Origin: Bacteroidota bacterium
Lineage (GTDB): Bacteria > Bacteroidota > Bacteroidia > Flavobacteriales > Schleiferiaceae
Direction of reading: 5' to 3'
Length of the DNA: 33,432 bases
NCBI GenBank assembly: GCA_039805405.1
Contig: JBDLUG010000001.1
Location: 1 to 33,432 of the forward strand
The notes beneath the pieces were generated by a model that worked only from the letters and a program-made list of their open reading frames with translations, was not told the origin of the DNA and did no database searches. Positions 15,922 through 25,358 of the stretch are shown here, piece after piece; positions within the stretch are counted from its first letter, which is position 1; every line of letters begins with the position of its first letter. A program made the translations under genes and the position numbers.

Positions 15922-18084
15922 GTGAAGCTGCTTTTTTTCGCCCGCAAAAGCCTCTGGGCACTACCCGGAGGGGATACCGTGCAGATCAAGCAGACCGCGG
16001 CCGCGTTGGCCCAGCGGGGCCACCGCGTTGAAGTTGCCACCGAGATTGCAGAGTTGCGCGCCCTCCTCGACCGCGAGCCCTGGGACGTGCTCCATTCGAT
16101 CAATTTGGGCCGTTGGGCCGACCAGGTTCCGTGCCTCGAGGCGCGCCGGCGCAATCCCAGAATTCGGTGGGTTGTCAGCAGCGTACTGGTGGACTACCGC
16201 GCTTACGACGCGCAGCGGGTTTGGGGGGCTTCGGTGGTTCCGGGCGGAATTTTAGAGGCCGTCAAAGCGCTAGCCCGTGCCGCCCGGGGCCACGATCGCT
16301 GGCCGGGATGGCGCGTACTTCGCCCTTCGAAGCTGGCCGAAGAACTGGCCTGGAGCGCCGACGCGTTAGTGAGCACTACAGAGGCAGAATCAGACCTGTT
16401 GCGCACCCGATGGGGCCTTGGGTTCAGCGTGTTCACCGTGGGCCCTGGCGCCGACCACCTACCCCTGGTGCCGCGACCCAACGGCCACCTGCGCCGCGGA
16501 TGGTTGCTGCCCGCGCGCGTAGAAGGCCTTAAAAATCAAGTTTTTGCTCTAGAGCTTTGGGAACGCCTCGCCCGAAGAGGGTTTACGCAACCCCTTCGCC
16601 TTTACGGCGACGCCGCACCCAACCACGGGCGCTACCGCCGCGCTGTAGAGCGCGCCCTTCGTTCTGCCCGAGCGGCGGGGGCTGACGTGGAATGGCTTCC
16701 GCGACTCGACCCCGCGGAGCTCGCCGCCGCCTACGGCGCGGCGCGCGGAATCCTGGTTCCGTCGCTGTTTGAAACCTATGGCCTCACCCTTGCCGAAGCC
16801 CGCCGAGCTGGCTGTCAAGTGGTTGCTGCGCCCGGAGTCGGGGGTGCCGCCGAATGGGGCGACGAGGTGCATGTGGCGCCCCTTGAACTCGAAGCCTGGG
16901 AATCAGCCGTGCGCGCCGCCGACGGCAACGCAGACGTTGAGCTTGGTTCTGACCTCGCCCCGCTTCGAACCTGGGACCGCGCTGCTGCCGAGCTCGAATC
17001 AATTTATGCGGGACTTCGCGGCCGTGTGGCGGTAACCGGATCCCGCGGGCTTCCCAACCGCTATGGCGGCTACGAAGAACTCGTAGACCACCTGGCGCGC
17101 GGCCTTGCCGCGCGGGGCTGGCGCGTCGACGTGGCAACTTCGTCGACCCACCCCGTTCGCGAGTGGACCCACCCGGGAGTCCGCCGCCGCGTGCACCGCG
17201 ACCCTGAACCCTGGATGGGCTCCGCCGGCCAGTTCATCTACGACCTGATGAGCCTGCGCGACGCCGCCCATCAGCACCCCGACGTTCACCTCACCCTCGG
17301 AACGACCTCGAGCGCGCCCTGGCTGGCGTTCAAGGGATTGCGCGGAAGCGCTCCGCTCGCCGTACACCTCGACGGCCTGGAGTGGATGCGCGGCAAGTAC
17401 TCGCCCGCGGTGCAGCGCTACCTCAAGTGGGCCGAGCGCACCGCCGCCGAGGCCGCGGACCTGCTGGTGGCCGACCACCCCGAAATGGCGCGCTACGCCG
17501 CGCGCTACGCCAAGCCTTGCGCCGAAATCGCCTACGGCGTGGACGATCCCGCGCCGGCCGACCTAACGATGCTGCGCCGTTTTGGGCTGGAGCCCGGCAG
17601 CTACGCCTTGATTGTTGCACGTTTGGTGCCCGAAAACCACGTTCGCGTGGCTGCCGAAGCGTTGAGTCCGCACTGCCCCGTGGTCGTGGTGGGTCCGTTC
17701 GCTAATTCTGAGGGCCGCGCGCTACAGGGCCGCGCCAACGTCCACCTCTTGGGCGCCCAGTTTGATCCTGAGGTGCTGGCTGCGCTCCGCGCCGGGTGCG
17801 GGCTGTACATCCACGGGCATTCGGCGGGCGGAACCAATCCCGGCCTTCTGCAAGCCATGGCCGCGGGCTGCGCCATTGCGGCCCACGACAACGCCTTTAA
17901 CCGCGGAATCCTTGGTGATGCGGCGGCCTACTTCACGGCGACCGACGCGCACAAAGGCCTTTCTGATGCTTGGACAGGTCGAGGCAACCTGGTTCGCAAC
18001 CACCGCGCGCGGCTCGAACAGGGATTCCGCTGGCCGGCCGTGGTGGACGCGTACGATCTGGCGCTGAACGAGCTCGACCGATAA
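15922..18084 (+). CDS. Fused double glycosyltransferase (GT4-type domain plus DUF1972-type GT4 domain)
   Basis: The first half has a GT-B/GT4 layout with EX7E (ETYGLTLAE). The second half begins with the DUF1972 signature (VTGSRGLPNRYGGYEELVDHLARGL) and contains GHSAGGTNPGLLQAMAAG, typical of WchF/RgpA-like rhamnosyl/glycosyltransferases. Single uninterrupted 720-aa ORF. Confidence 0.85.
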   Translation: MKLLFFARKSLWALPGGDTVQIKQTAAALAQRGHRVEVATEIAELRALLDREPWDVLHSINLGRWADQVPCLEARRRNPRIRWVVSSVLVDYRAYDAQRVWGASVVPGGILEAVKALARAARGHDRWPGWRVLRPSKLAEELAWSADALVSTTEAESDLLRTRWGLGFSVFTVGPGADHLPLVPRPNGHLRRGWLLPARVEGLKNQVFALELWERLARRGFTQPLRLYGDAAPNHGRYRRAVERALRSARAAGADVEWLPRLDPAELAAAYGAARGILVPSLFETYGLTLAEARRAGCQVVAAPGVGGAAEWGDEVHVAPLELEAWESAVRAADGNADVELGSDLAPLRTWDRAAAELESIYAGLRGRVAVTGSRGLPNRYGGYEELVDHLARGLAARGWRVDVATSSTHPVREWTHPGVRRRVHRDPEPWMGSAGQFIYDLMSLRDAAHQHPDVHLTLGTTSSAPWLAFKGLRGSAPLAVHLDGLEWMRGKYSPAVQRYLKWAERTAAEAADLLVADHPEMARYAARYAKPCAEIAYGVDDPAPADLTMLRRFGLEPGSYALIVARLVPENHVRVAAEALSPHCPVVVVGPFANSEGRALQGRANVHLLGAQFDPEVLAALRAGCGLYIHGHSAGGTNPGLLQAMAAGCAIAAHDNAFNRGILGDAAAYFTATDAHKGLSDAWTGRGNLVRNHRARLEQGFRWPAVVDAYDLALNELDR

Positions 18085-18097
18085 GTCGACATTTTTC

Positions 18098-18131
18098 GTA
18101 TTTTTGTTAGTACATTGTAGTCACAAAATAC
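18098..18131 (+). promoter_or_regulatory. mazEF promoter/operator candidate: perfect TATTTTTG (18099-18106) inside an inverted repeat GTATTTT(T)GT ... ACAAAATAC
   Basis: TAnnTTTG lies 29 nt upstream of ATG 18136. Arms 18098-18107 and 18123-18131 are reverse complements apart from one extra T. Type II antitoxins usually autoregulate through such palindromes. Confidence 0.45.
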
Positions 18132-18135
18132 ACTC

Positions 18136-18378
18136 ATGGAACTGCCCATCGTCTCTATCGGCAACTCAAAGGGAATTCGCTTGCCGAAATCTGTCCTCAC
18201 TCAGTACGGCATTACGGAATTCGTCGAACTCATCTTGGACAAAGGCCAAATTATTGTACGTCCAAAATCAGCCCCCCGGAGCGGTTGGAACGAGGCCTTC
18301 GCGCAAATGCATGCCGACGGCGCCGACGAATTACTGCTCCCCGAGCACCTTGACAGCGAACTTCTTGAGGAATGGTGA
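18136..18378 (+). CDS. mazE: AbrB/MazE/SpoVT-family antitoxin
   Basis: N-terminal swapped-hairpin motif IGNSKGIRLPKSVL, acidic C-terminal tail ending in W. Overlaps the toxin gene by 7 nt (ATGGTGA). Confidence 0.85.
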   Translation: MELPIVSIGNSKGIRLPKSVLTQYGITEFVELILDKGQIIVRPKSAPRSGWNEAFAQMHADGADELLLPEHLDSELLEEW

Positions 18379-18695
18379 GCCAACAGTACGAGGTCTTTTG
18401 GGTGAATCTTGACCCCACCGTCGGGAGCGAAATTCAGAAAACTCGGCCCTGCGTCGTGCTCAGCCCCGACGAAATGAACCGAAACCTTCGAACCCTGATT
18501 GTCGCTCCGCTCACGCGCACCAGTAAAGCCTATCCAAGTAGAGTTCCAGTTGCCGTCGGCAACCAATCCGCATGGGTGGTACTTGATCAGCTTCGAACGG
18601 TGGACCGAAGTTGTTTGGGCCAAAGCATGGGAACGCTTCGAACCCTGGAAATCAAGAAAATAAAATCGGTTCTGACCGAAATGCTCGTCAGCTAA
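18372..18695 (+). CDS. mazF: PemK/MazF-family endoribonuclease toxin
   Basis: YEVFWVNLDPTVGSEIQKTRPCVVLSPDEMN..LIVAPLT is the PemK/MazF signature. Length 107 aa. Confidence 0.9.
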   Translation: MVSQQYEVFWVNLDPTVGSEIQKTRPCVVLSPDEMNRNLRTLIVAPLTRTSKAYPSRVPVAVGNQSAWVVLDQLRTVDRSCLGQSMGTLRTLEIKKIKSVLTEMLVS

Positions 18696-19999
18696 ACCCA
18701 ACCCCGCGCCCGAAGCAGCGTAGCCAGCATGATTTTGAGGTCGAGTGCAACCGACCAGTGCTCCACGTAGTACACATCAGCTTTGACGCGCTCGGCCATG
18801 GCCGCTTGGTCGGTGTAGCCGTGCAGGCCGCGGGCCTGGGCCAGGCCGGTGATCCCGGGGCGCACCCAGTGCCGGATTCCGTAGCCCCGAACCGCCTCGG
18901 CGTAGCGCTGCGTGTCGCTCTCCATGTGGGGTCGCGGCCCGACAAGGCTCATGTCGCCGCGAAGTACGTTCCATAGTTGGGGCAGCTCGTCGAGGTGGGT
19001 TATGCGAAGCCAGGGGTGCAGTACCCGCGCATCGCCGGGAACCGCTTGAAGGTCCGGGTCGGCGTGGGCTTCCATGCTTCGGAACTTCCAAATCGTAAAC
19101 TGCTCGCCTTGGTATCCGTAGCGCGGCTGTGAAAAGAGTACGGGTCCGCGGCTGCGAAGGCGCACCCACAGCGCAACCAGGGCCATCAACGGCGCGAGCA
19201 GCACCAGCGCTATGGCAGAACCCAGCACGTCTAAACCCCGCTTCACCGCAGGCGCCCAGCCCGCGGCCAAGGGCTCGCGTCGCCAGTCGAGCAGCAGTAC
19301 GTTGCCCAAGGCAGACCACTGCGTGCGCGACGCCGGAAGCGCGGCCAAATCGGGCACCACGCGCACGCGCAGCCCGCGGTTTTCGGCCGTATCAAGCTCG
19401 GCCAGCGCCCGGTCTGGGGTCAACCACAGTTCTGCCGCAATTGGATCCACGGCGTCCAAGCGGTCCACGGTCCCCATCCAGCGGTATCCGTAGTCGGGTC
19501 GTTCGGCCAATTCGCGGGCAATGAGGTCCCACATCGGGGACGCGCCAAGGCCTTGGACGCCGACGAGCCCGATTCCGCGCCGAAACCGAGCACGGCCCGC
19601 CTGGACAAAAGCGACGCGAAGCAAAGCCCCGAGACTGAGGTACGAGGTGAAGATTCCGACCAAAAACACGCGGGAGTACACATAGGTCTTAAGGGACACC
19701 ACCAGCAGCGCGGTCAGGGCCAGCAGAAGGCCAGTTTGGCGCACGAAGCGGGCAAGGACCGTGCGAAGCTCTACGCCCACGGCAAGCTGGTAGGGCTGCC
19801 CCACCCAGCCGAGTAACACCCAAAAAATGGTGAGCCACTCTGCCAGACGCAAGTAGTGGTCAAAGTACGCGGGATTTTCGGCCTGAAGGTCGCCAAAGCG
19901 CAGGGCGACTCCGCCCCAAAAGAGGACGGCGAGCAGCGCTCCGTCGGCGAGGCGCAGGCCAAGTTCGCGCTGGCGGGCATTTTGGGAACGGTATTCCAT
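18692..19999 (-). CDS. Polyprenyl-phosphate sugar phosphotransferase (WbaP/WcaJ-like initiating enzyme)
   Basis: N-terminal TM helices plus the C-terminal Bac_transf domain (KRGLDVLGSAIALVLLAPL..GPVLFSQPRYGYQGEQFTIWKFRSM..DELPQLWNVLRGDMSLVGPRP). Confidence 0.9.
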   Translation of the reverse strand: MEYRSQNARQRELGLRLADGALLAVLFWGGVALRFGDLQAENPAYFDHYLRLAEWLTIFWVLLGWVGQPYQLAVGVELRTVLARFVRQTGLLLALTALLVVSLKTYVYSRVFLVGIFTSYLSLGALLRVAFVQAGRARFRRGIGLVGVQGLGASPMWDLIARELAERPDYGYRWMGTVDRLDAVDPIAAELWLTPDRALAELDTAENRGLRVRVVPDLAALPASRTQWSALGNVLLLDWRREPLAAGWAPAVKRGLDVLGSAIALVLLAPLMALVALWVRLRSRGPVLFSQPRYGYQGEQFTIWKFRSMEAHADPDLQAVPGDARVLHPWLRITHLDELPQLWNVLRGDMSLVGPRPHMESDTQRYAEAVRGYGIRHWVRPGITGLAQARGLHGYTDQAAMAERVKADVYYVEHWSVALDLKIMLATLLRARGWV

Positions 20000-20020
20000 A
20001 GCGACGGCGGAAGATAGCCC

Positions 20021-20028
20021 TATTTTTG
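20021..20028 (+). promoter_or_regulatory. -7 promoter element TATTTTTG, 3 nt upstream of recG ATG
   Basis: Perfect TAnnTTTG in the 32-nt divergent spacer. Confidence 0.4.
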
Positions 20029-20031
20029 GGT

Positions 20032-22134
20032 ATGTCCTCGCGCTGGCTCGATACCCCCCTCGCCTACCTGAAAGGAATCGGTCCGCTGCGGGCCGAAGCC
20101 CTTGCGGGCGACCTGGGACTGCGCACGTTTGGCGATCTGTTGGCGCACTACCCGTACCGCTACATCGACCGCAGCGTGGTGCTCGGAATTCGCGACCTGC
20201 AGCCTGGCCCGGCTGAGGTTCAGGTTCGGGGACTGCTGACAGGCGTGCAAACCGTCGGTACAGGACCCAAAAAACGGCTGACCGCCCGACTGGTCGATGG
20301 ACCAGACGAGCTCGAACTGGTGTGGTTCAAGGGGCTTCGCTGGGTTGAGAAGGGGCTTCCTATGGGCGAAGAGGTCGTGGTTTTTGGCCGCGTGAACGCG
20401 TTTAAAAACGGGTTGAACATGGCCCATCCCGAGGTTGAGCGCGCCGCGAGCCGGCCGGTGGCTGCGGCCGGGCTCACCCCGATGTACTCCTCGACAGAGC
20501 GACTTGGATCTATGCAGCTGCACAGCCGGGGGCTCGCGGCCAAAATTGATGCACTGCTCGAGGATCCAGCCCGCGACCGCAGCGACTGGATGCCCGAAGC
20601 CTTGCGCGAAACCCAAAAGTGGCCGCGCCGCGAGGTGGCCGTGCGGTCCATGCACCACCCTGAGTCGCCCCAAACCCTATCTGCCGCCCGCAACCGCTTG
20701 GCCTTTGAAGAGCTCTTTCTCGACCAACTGCTTTTTGCCTACCAACGCCTGCAGCAGGGCCGCGGTAGGGCTGGCCACCGCTTCGCCAGCGTGGGCAGCC
20801 ATTTGACCACGTTCTATGATGAAATTTTGCCGTTCCCACTGACCGAAGCCCAAAAACGGGTGGTGCGCGAAATCCGCCGTGACATGGGTTCAGGAGGTGC
20901 AATGAACCGCCTCGTTCAGGGCGACGTGGGGTCGGGCAAGACCCTCGTGGCTTTTATGGCCATGCTGCTTGCGGTTGACAACGGATTTCAGGCGGCGATG
21001 ATGGCTCCAACCGAAATCTTGGCACAGCAGCACGCGCGGTCGCTCGAAGAGTGGGCTGAGCCCCTCGGATTAAGGGTGGGCCTGCTGACCGGTAGTGTCA
21101 AAGGTTCCGCCCGCAAGCAACTGTTGGCTGATCTGGCCGACGGCAGCTTGCACCTTTTGGTCGGAACCCACGCGCTGATTGAGGACCCCGTCGTCTTTCG
21201 CAACCTTGGACTCGCGGTGGTCGACGAGCAGCACCGCTTTGGGGTAGCGCAGCGCGCGAAGTTGCTGGCCAAGAACCGTCCGGCACCGCACATGCTGGTG
21301 ATGACGGCCACGCCGATTCCGCGCACACTTGCCATGAGCCTGTACGGCGACCTTGAGCAGTCGGTGATTGACGAGCTTCCGCCGGGCCGCAAACCCATTC
21401 AAACGCTGCACCGCACCGACGCCAACCGCCTGGCGCTGTGGGGTTTTCTCAAAAAAGAAATCGCCCTCGGCAGGCAGATTTACATGGTTTATCCGCTCAT
21501 CGAAGAGTCTGAAAAACTCGACTACAAGGACCTCATGGACGGATACGAGAGCGTGTGCCGTGATTTTCCGCAGCCCGAGTACCAAGTGAGCATCGTTCAC
21601 GGCCGCATGCGCCCCGAAGACAAAGAATGGGAGATGGGTCGCTTCGCCCGCGGCGAAACCCAGATTATGGTGGCCACGACGGTCATCGAGGTGGGCGTCA
21701 ACGTGCCAAATGCGTCGGTAATGGTAATCGAGAACGCCGAACGCTTCGGCCTTAGCCAGCTTCACCAGCTGCGCGGACGCGTGGGCCGGGGTGCCGAGCA
21801 GTCCTACTGCGTACTGATGACCTCGTCGAAACTCAGCGACGACGGAGCCACACGCATCGAGACCATGGTGCGCACGAACGACGGATTCGAAATCGCCGAC
21901 GTCGACCTGCAGCTGCGCGGCCCCGGTGACCTCATGGGCACGCGCCAGTCCGGAGTCATGGAATACAAGCTGGCCAATTTGGTGCACGATGGCCCGTTGG
22001 TTGAATGGGCGCGCCGAGCCGCCGCCCGCATTGTGGACGAGGATCCGCAGCTCGAAAAGCCTGAACATGCCGCGCTCAGAGCACGCTTTAGCGACTACGC
22101 TCGGGGCCGAATGGTCTGGGGGCGAATCGCCTAG
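20032..22134 (+). CDS. recG: ATP-dependent DNA helicase RecG
   Basis: Wedge domain followed by SF2 helicase motifs (GDVGSGKT, DEQHRFG, MTATPIPRT, QLRGRVGRG). ATG 20032 (MSSRWLDTPL) preferred over TTG 20026. Confidence 0.95.
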   Translation: MSSRWLDTPLAYLKGIGPLRAEALAGDLGLRTFGDLLAHYPYRYIDRSVVLGIRDLQPGPAEVQVRGLLTGVQTVGTGPKKRLTARLVDGPDELELVWFKGLRWVEKGLPMGEEVVVFGRVNAFKNGLNMAHPEVERAASRPVAAAGLTPMYSSTERLGSMQLHSRGLAAKIDALLEDPARDRSDWMPEALRETQKWPRREVAVRSMHHPESPQTLSAARNRLAFEELFLDQLLFAYQRLQQGRGRAGHRFASVGSHLTTFYDEILPFPLTEAQKRVVREIRRDMGSGGAMNRLVQGDVGSGKTLVAFMAMLLAVDNGFQAAMMAPTEILAQQHARSLEEWAEPLGLRVGLLTGSVKGSARKQLLADLADGSLHLLVGTHALIEDPVVFRNLGLAVVDEQHRFGVAQRAKLLAKNRPAPHMLVMTATPIPRTLAMSLYGDLEQSVIDELPPGRKPIQTLHRTDANRLALWGFLKKEIALGRQIYMVYPLIEESEKLDYKDLMDGYESVCRDFPQPEYQVSIVHGRMRPEDKEWEMGRFARGETQIMVATTVIEVGVNVPNASVMVIENAERFGLSQLHQLRGRVGRGAEQSYCVLMTSSKLSDDGATRIETMVRTNDGFEIADVDLQLRGPGDLMGTRQSGVMEYKLANLVHDGPLVEWARRAAARIVDEDPQLEKPEHAALRARFSDYARGRMVWGRIA

Positions 22135-22189
22135 CTCTGCGACCTGCCGAAAAGTGACTTTGGCCCGATTCCTGCGGTCCGTGTCGGCG

Positions 22190-22197
22190 TACCTTTA
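22190..22197 (+). promoter_or_regulatory. -7-like promoter element TACCTTTA, 5 nt upstream of ATG 22203
   Basis: Near match to TAnnTTTG. Supports the long form of the membrane-protein ORF. Confidence 0.3.
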
Positions 22198-22202
22198 GAA
22201 CG

Positions 22203-22838
22203 ATGAAGCCTCGACTGCACCTGCCCAAGCCCAAAATTCGCCCCTTCTGGCGGTCGGTTCGACTCACGCACCGCTTTTACATCATTACCGGCGGCTACAC
22301 ATTTATGAAAGAGGGCCTGCGCAAAATGGGCTGGGCCTTGCTCTTTTTTGGCATCGTACTTTGGGCGCTCAACAAGTACGTATTTAACCTTTCTGCCGCG
22401 GCCGAATGGATTACTGGCGAACTGCCCTGGTACCTCGTGGCCCTGACGATGTTTGCCAGCGAAATTGTGGTCGGAATCCTCCCCCCCGACCTCTTTATCA
22501 TTTGGACCAAGAGCCTCTCGCACCCTTGGCTCATGGTCGGAATCTTGGCCTCACTGAGCTACCTAGCCGGAGTCATCAGCTACGGAATCGGGCAACAGCT
22601 TCATCGCCTCCCGAGAATCAAGCGCTGGGTCGACGAAAAATTCGCAGCCCAATTCACCCAAATTCGCCGTTTTGGGGGACTTCTCGTGGTACTCGCAGCA
22701 GTTACCCCGTTGCCTTTTCCGCTCGTATCCACCATCGCAGGCGTCGTAGGATACCGGTTTCAGTGGTATTTGTGGGCGGCTCTGTTTCGATTTGCCCGCT
22801 TTGCGCTTTATGCCGCGGTGATTTTCGGCCTCGTCTAG
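22203..22838 (+). CDS. YqaA/DedA (VTT-domain)-like inner membrane protein
   Basis: Multiple TM helices with a VTT-like segment (FASEIVVGILPPDLFIIW ... VTPLPFPLVSTIAGVVG). Alternative internal start at ATG 22305. Confidence 0.7.
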   Translation: MKPRLHLPKPKIRPFWRSVRLTHRFYIITGGYTFMKEGLRKMGWALLFFGIVLWALNKYVFNLSAAAEWITGELPWYLVALTMFASEIVVGILPPDLFIIWTKSLSHPWLMVGILASLSYLAGVISYGIGQQLHRLPRIKRWVDEKFAAQFTQIRRFGGLLVVLAAVTPLPFPLVSTIAGVVGYRFQWYLWAALFRFARFALYAAVIFGLV

Positions 22839-22845
22839 CGCGAAG

Positions 22846-22853
22846 TACTTTTG
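22846..22853 (+). promoter_or_regulatory. -7 promoter element TACTTTTG, 4 nt upstream of pheT ATG
   Basis: Perfect TAnnTTTG in the 19-nt spacer. Confidence 0.4.
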
Positions 22854-22857
22854 CGCC

Positions 22858-25296
22858 ATGCGCATTTCATTGGACTGGCTCTCGGACTACCTTCCGACAC
22901 ACCTCAGCATCGCCGAGATTGGCGAACGCCTTACTGCAACCGGACTCGAGGTCGAAAAGTCCGAGGTGTTCGACGCCCTGCCGGGCGGGCTGCGCGGAAT
23001 CGTAGTCGGTGAAGTGCGCGAAGTGCGCCAGCACCCAAATGCAGACCGCTTGCGCGTCACTAAGGTCGACGTCGGCGCGCCCGAATGGCTCAATATTGTG
23101 TGCGGAGCAAGCAACGTGGCCGAAGGCCAAAAAGTGGCCGTCGCGATGGTCGGAGCCGAACTCTTCCCCACCGGGAGCGACAAGCCCTTGGTGATCAAAA
23201 AATCTGCTTTGCGCGGCGAAGCATCTGAAGGCATGATCTGCGCCGAAGACGAGCTCGGCCTCAGCGACGACCACGCCGGAATCATGGTTCTGCGACCTGA
23301 CGCGCCCGTCGGCCAGCCCATGGCCGAATACCTTGGCCTTGAAAGCGACCATGTGCTCGAAATCGGCCTGACGCCCAACCGAATGGACGCCATGAGCCAC
23401 TACGGAGTGGCCCGCGATCTGCGCGCCTCGCTGCTGCGCGACGGCCACGACGTGATGTGGACCGAACCGACGACGGTTGACCTGAGTTCCGCCCGGAGCG
23501 GCGCAACCGAGGTGCTCGTCCACGATTCCGCCGCATGCCCCCAGTACGGAGCCCTGAAAATCACCGGAGTCGCCGGAGACCAGCCCTCGGCCGAGCCCAT
23601 TCAGCAGCGACTCAAGGCCATTGGCCTCAACCCCATCAACGCGTTGGTCGACGCCACGAACTACGTGATGCACGCCCTCGGGCATCCGCTGCACTGCTTT
23701 GACGCTGCAGTCGTTCGCGAATCGCTCGTCGTTCGCCGTGCCCACGCGAGCGAAACCTTGACTACCCTCGACCGCGTAGTTCGCAACCTGCACGCCGACG
23801 ACCTGGTCATCGCCAACGCCACCGAGGCCATGTGCCTCGCCGGGGTGTACGGAGGTCAATCCTCAGGGGTTTCAGCGACGACGACCGCCGTGGTGGTTGA
23901 ATCTGCCTGGTTTGACCCCGTCGTAACGCGCGCCATGGCGCGCCGGCACGGGCTTCATACCGATGCCAGCTTTCGCTACGAGCGCGGCGTAGACCCCGCC
24001 ATGGGTCTTCCCGCCCTTGAGCTGTTTTGGACGCTGATCGAAGCCCAGTTCCCAGAAGCCCGCATTGAGGGACTCGATTGGAACCGCTCCAACGACGCAC
24101 GTTTTGTAGCCCCCACCCTCGAGGTGTCGATGGACCGCATCGGCCGCCTGCTCGGCGAGCGCTTGCCCGACGACGTCTGTGAATCGATTTTGGAGTCGCT
24201 CGACATCGACGTAGTGGCCCAAAAAGGCGACCTGTGGACGCTGGGGCTGCCCGTGTACCGCTGGGACGTGCGCCGCGAGGCCGACGTAGCCGAAGAGCTG
24301 CTGCGCATTTGGGGATTCAACAACCTCGCCGAGCCCGAAGGTCTGCGGGTGCGCAGTCAGCCCGAGCCACGCCGCAATTCTGAGTCGCTTCGCCGTGTGG
24401 CCGCCGACTACCTGGTAGCTCAAGGCCTGAACGAGGTGATGAACCTGTCGCTCACCCGCGCCGCGTGGTTTGCCGAGCACCCTTCAATCCCGGCAGACGA
24501 AATTGTGCACGTTCTGAATCCGCTGAGCCAGGACCTCGGCGTGATGCGTCCCACCCTGCTGTACAGCGGACTCGAAACGATTTCGTACAACCTTAAGCGC
24601 CAAGAGGATCGCCTCGCAATTTTTGAGTTCGGCCGCCGCTACGGCCAAACGACCGAGGGCCGCTACGAGTCGGGCGAGCTGGGCATTTGGCTGTGCGGAA
24701 CCTACCCCGATGCACACTTCAGCCGCCCCAATACGACCGCCTCATTTGGGGTACTCAAGGGGTTGGTTACCGGTCTTTTGCAGCGTCTCGGAATCTCGTT
24801 CACCGAACGCCCAGGCGACGACGTGGCCGGATTTTGGTCCGGTCGCCTCGATCTGATTGGCCCCAAAGGCGAAGCACTTGTCTACATGGGCTGGCCCGAC
24901 GCGCACGCATTGGCTGTGACCGACGTCGATAAGCCCGTTCTGGCCGCGCTTATTCAGTGGGACGCCGTGGTGGCTGCGGCCCAAAATGTACGCCGTGCCT
25001 ACGCGGAACCTCCCAAGTTTCCCAAAATGGTTCGCGACCTCGCGCTCGTGGTGCCCGTGGGTACGGCCTACGGAACCCTGGTCGAGGGCCTCAAATCCGC
25101 CCCCGTCAAGACCCTCGAGGGCATTGAGCTCTTTGACGTGTACCAAGGCAAGGGACTGCCCGAAGGCACGATGTCCTACGGGGTGCGCCTGACGTTCCGA
25201 GATCCGAGCAAAACACTTCAGGACCAACAGGTCGAGGGAGCCGTACAGCGCATGCTCGACGGCGCCAAGCAGCACTGCGGAGCCACGCTCCGCTAG
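22858..25296 (+). CDS. pheT: Phenylalanine--tRNA ligase beta subunit
   Basis: MRISLDWLSDYL N-terminus, tRNA-binding (EMAP-like) domain, B3/4, B5 and FDX-ACB domains. Length 812 aa. Confidence 0.95.
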   Translation: MRISLDWLSDYLPTHLSIAEIGERLTATGLEVEKSEVFDALPGGLRGIVVGEVREVRQHPNADRLRVTKVDVGAPEWLNIVCGASNVAEGQKVAVAMVGAELFPTGSDKPLVIKKSALRGEASEGMICAEDELGLSDDHAGIMVLRPDAPVGQPMAEYLGLESDHVLEIGLTPNRMDAMSHYGVARDLRASLLRDGHDVMWTEPTTVDLSSARSGATEVLVHDSAACPQYGALKITGVAGDQPSAEPIQQRLKAIGLNPINALVDATNYVMHALGHPLHCFDAAVVRESLVVRRAHASETLTTLDRVVRNLHADDLVIANATEAMCLAGVYGGQSSGVSATTTAVVVESAWFDPVVTRAMARRHGLHTDASFRYERGVDPAMGLPALELFWTLIEAQFPEARIEGLDWNRSNDARFVAPTLEVSMDRIGRLLGERLPDDVCESILESLDIDVVAQKGDLWTLGLPVYRWDVRREADVAEELLRIWGFNNLAEPEGLRVRSQPEPRRNSESLRRVAADYLVAQGLNEVMNLSLTRAAWFAEHPSIPADEIVHVLNPLSQDLGVMRPTLLYSGLETISYNLKRQEDRLAIFEFGRRYGQTTEGRYESGELGIWLCGTYPDAHFSRPNTTASFGVLKGLVTGLLQRLGISFTERPGDDVAGFWSGRLDLIGPKGEALVYMGWPDAHALAVTDVDKPVLAALIQWDAVVAAAQNVRRAYAEPPKFPKMVRDLALVVPVGTAYGTLVEGLKSAPVKTLEGIELFDVYQGKGLPEGTMSYGVRLTFRDPSKTLQDQQVEGAVQRMLDGAKQHCGATLR

Positions 25297-25358
25297 GCGC
25301 AAGCGTTTAAATCCGTTTGGTACCGGCTACGGGGCTTCGGCCGCCGTTGGTTTGCGGT

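Noticed and set aside
18201-18701. 166-aa ORF antisense to the mazEF pair
   Set aside because: The sense strand encodes two proteins with clear MazE and MazF signatures and a classic 7-nt overlap. The antisense translation has no recognisable features.
21070-22068. 332-aa ORF antisense to recG. Similar long antisense ORFs: 22867-23859 in pheT, 30002-30784 in the acyl-CoA ligase gene, 14701-15474 in MATE, 12188-12847 in ppx, 7771-8412 and 6967-7614 in mfd, 1624-2286 in the acyltransferase
   Set aside because: These are typical stop-codon-poor shadow frames of GC-rich genes. Their translations are Arg/Gly/Ala/His-rich low-complexity with no recognisable motifs, while the sense-strand genes have full-length family signatures.
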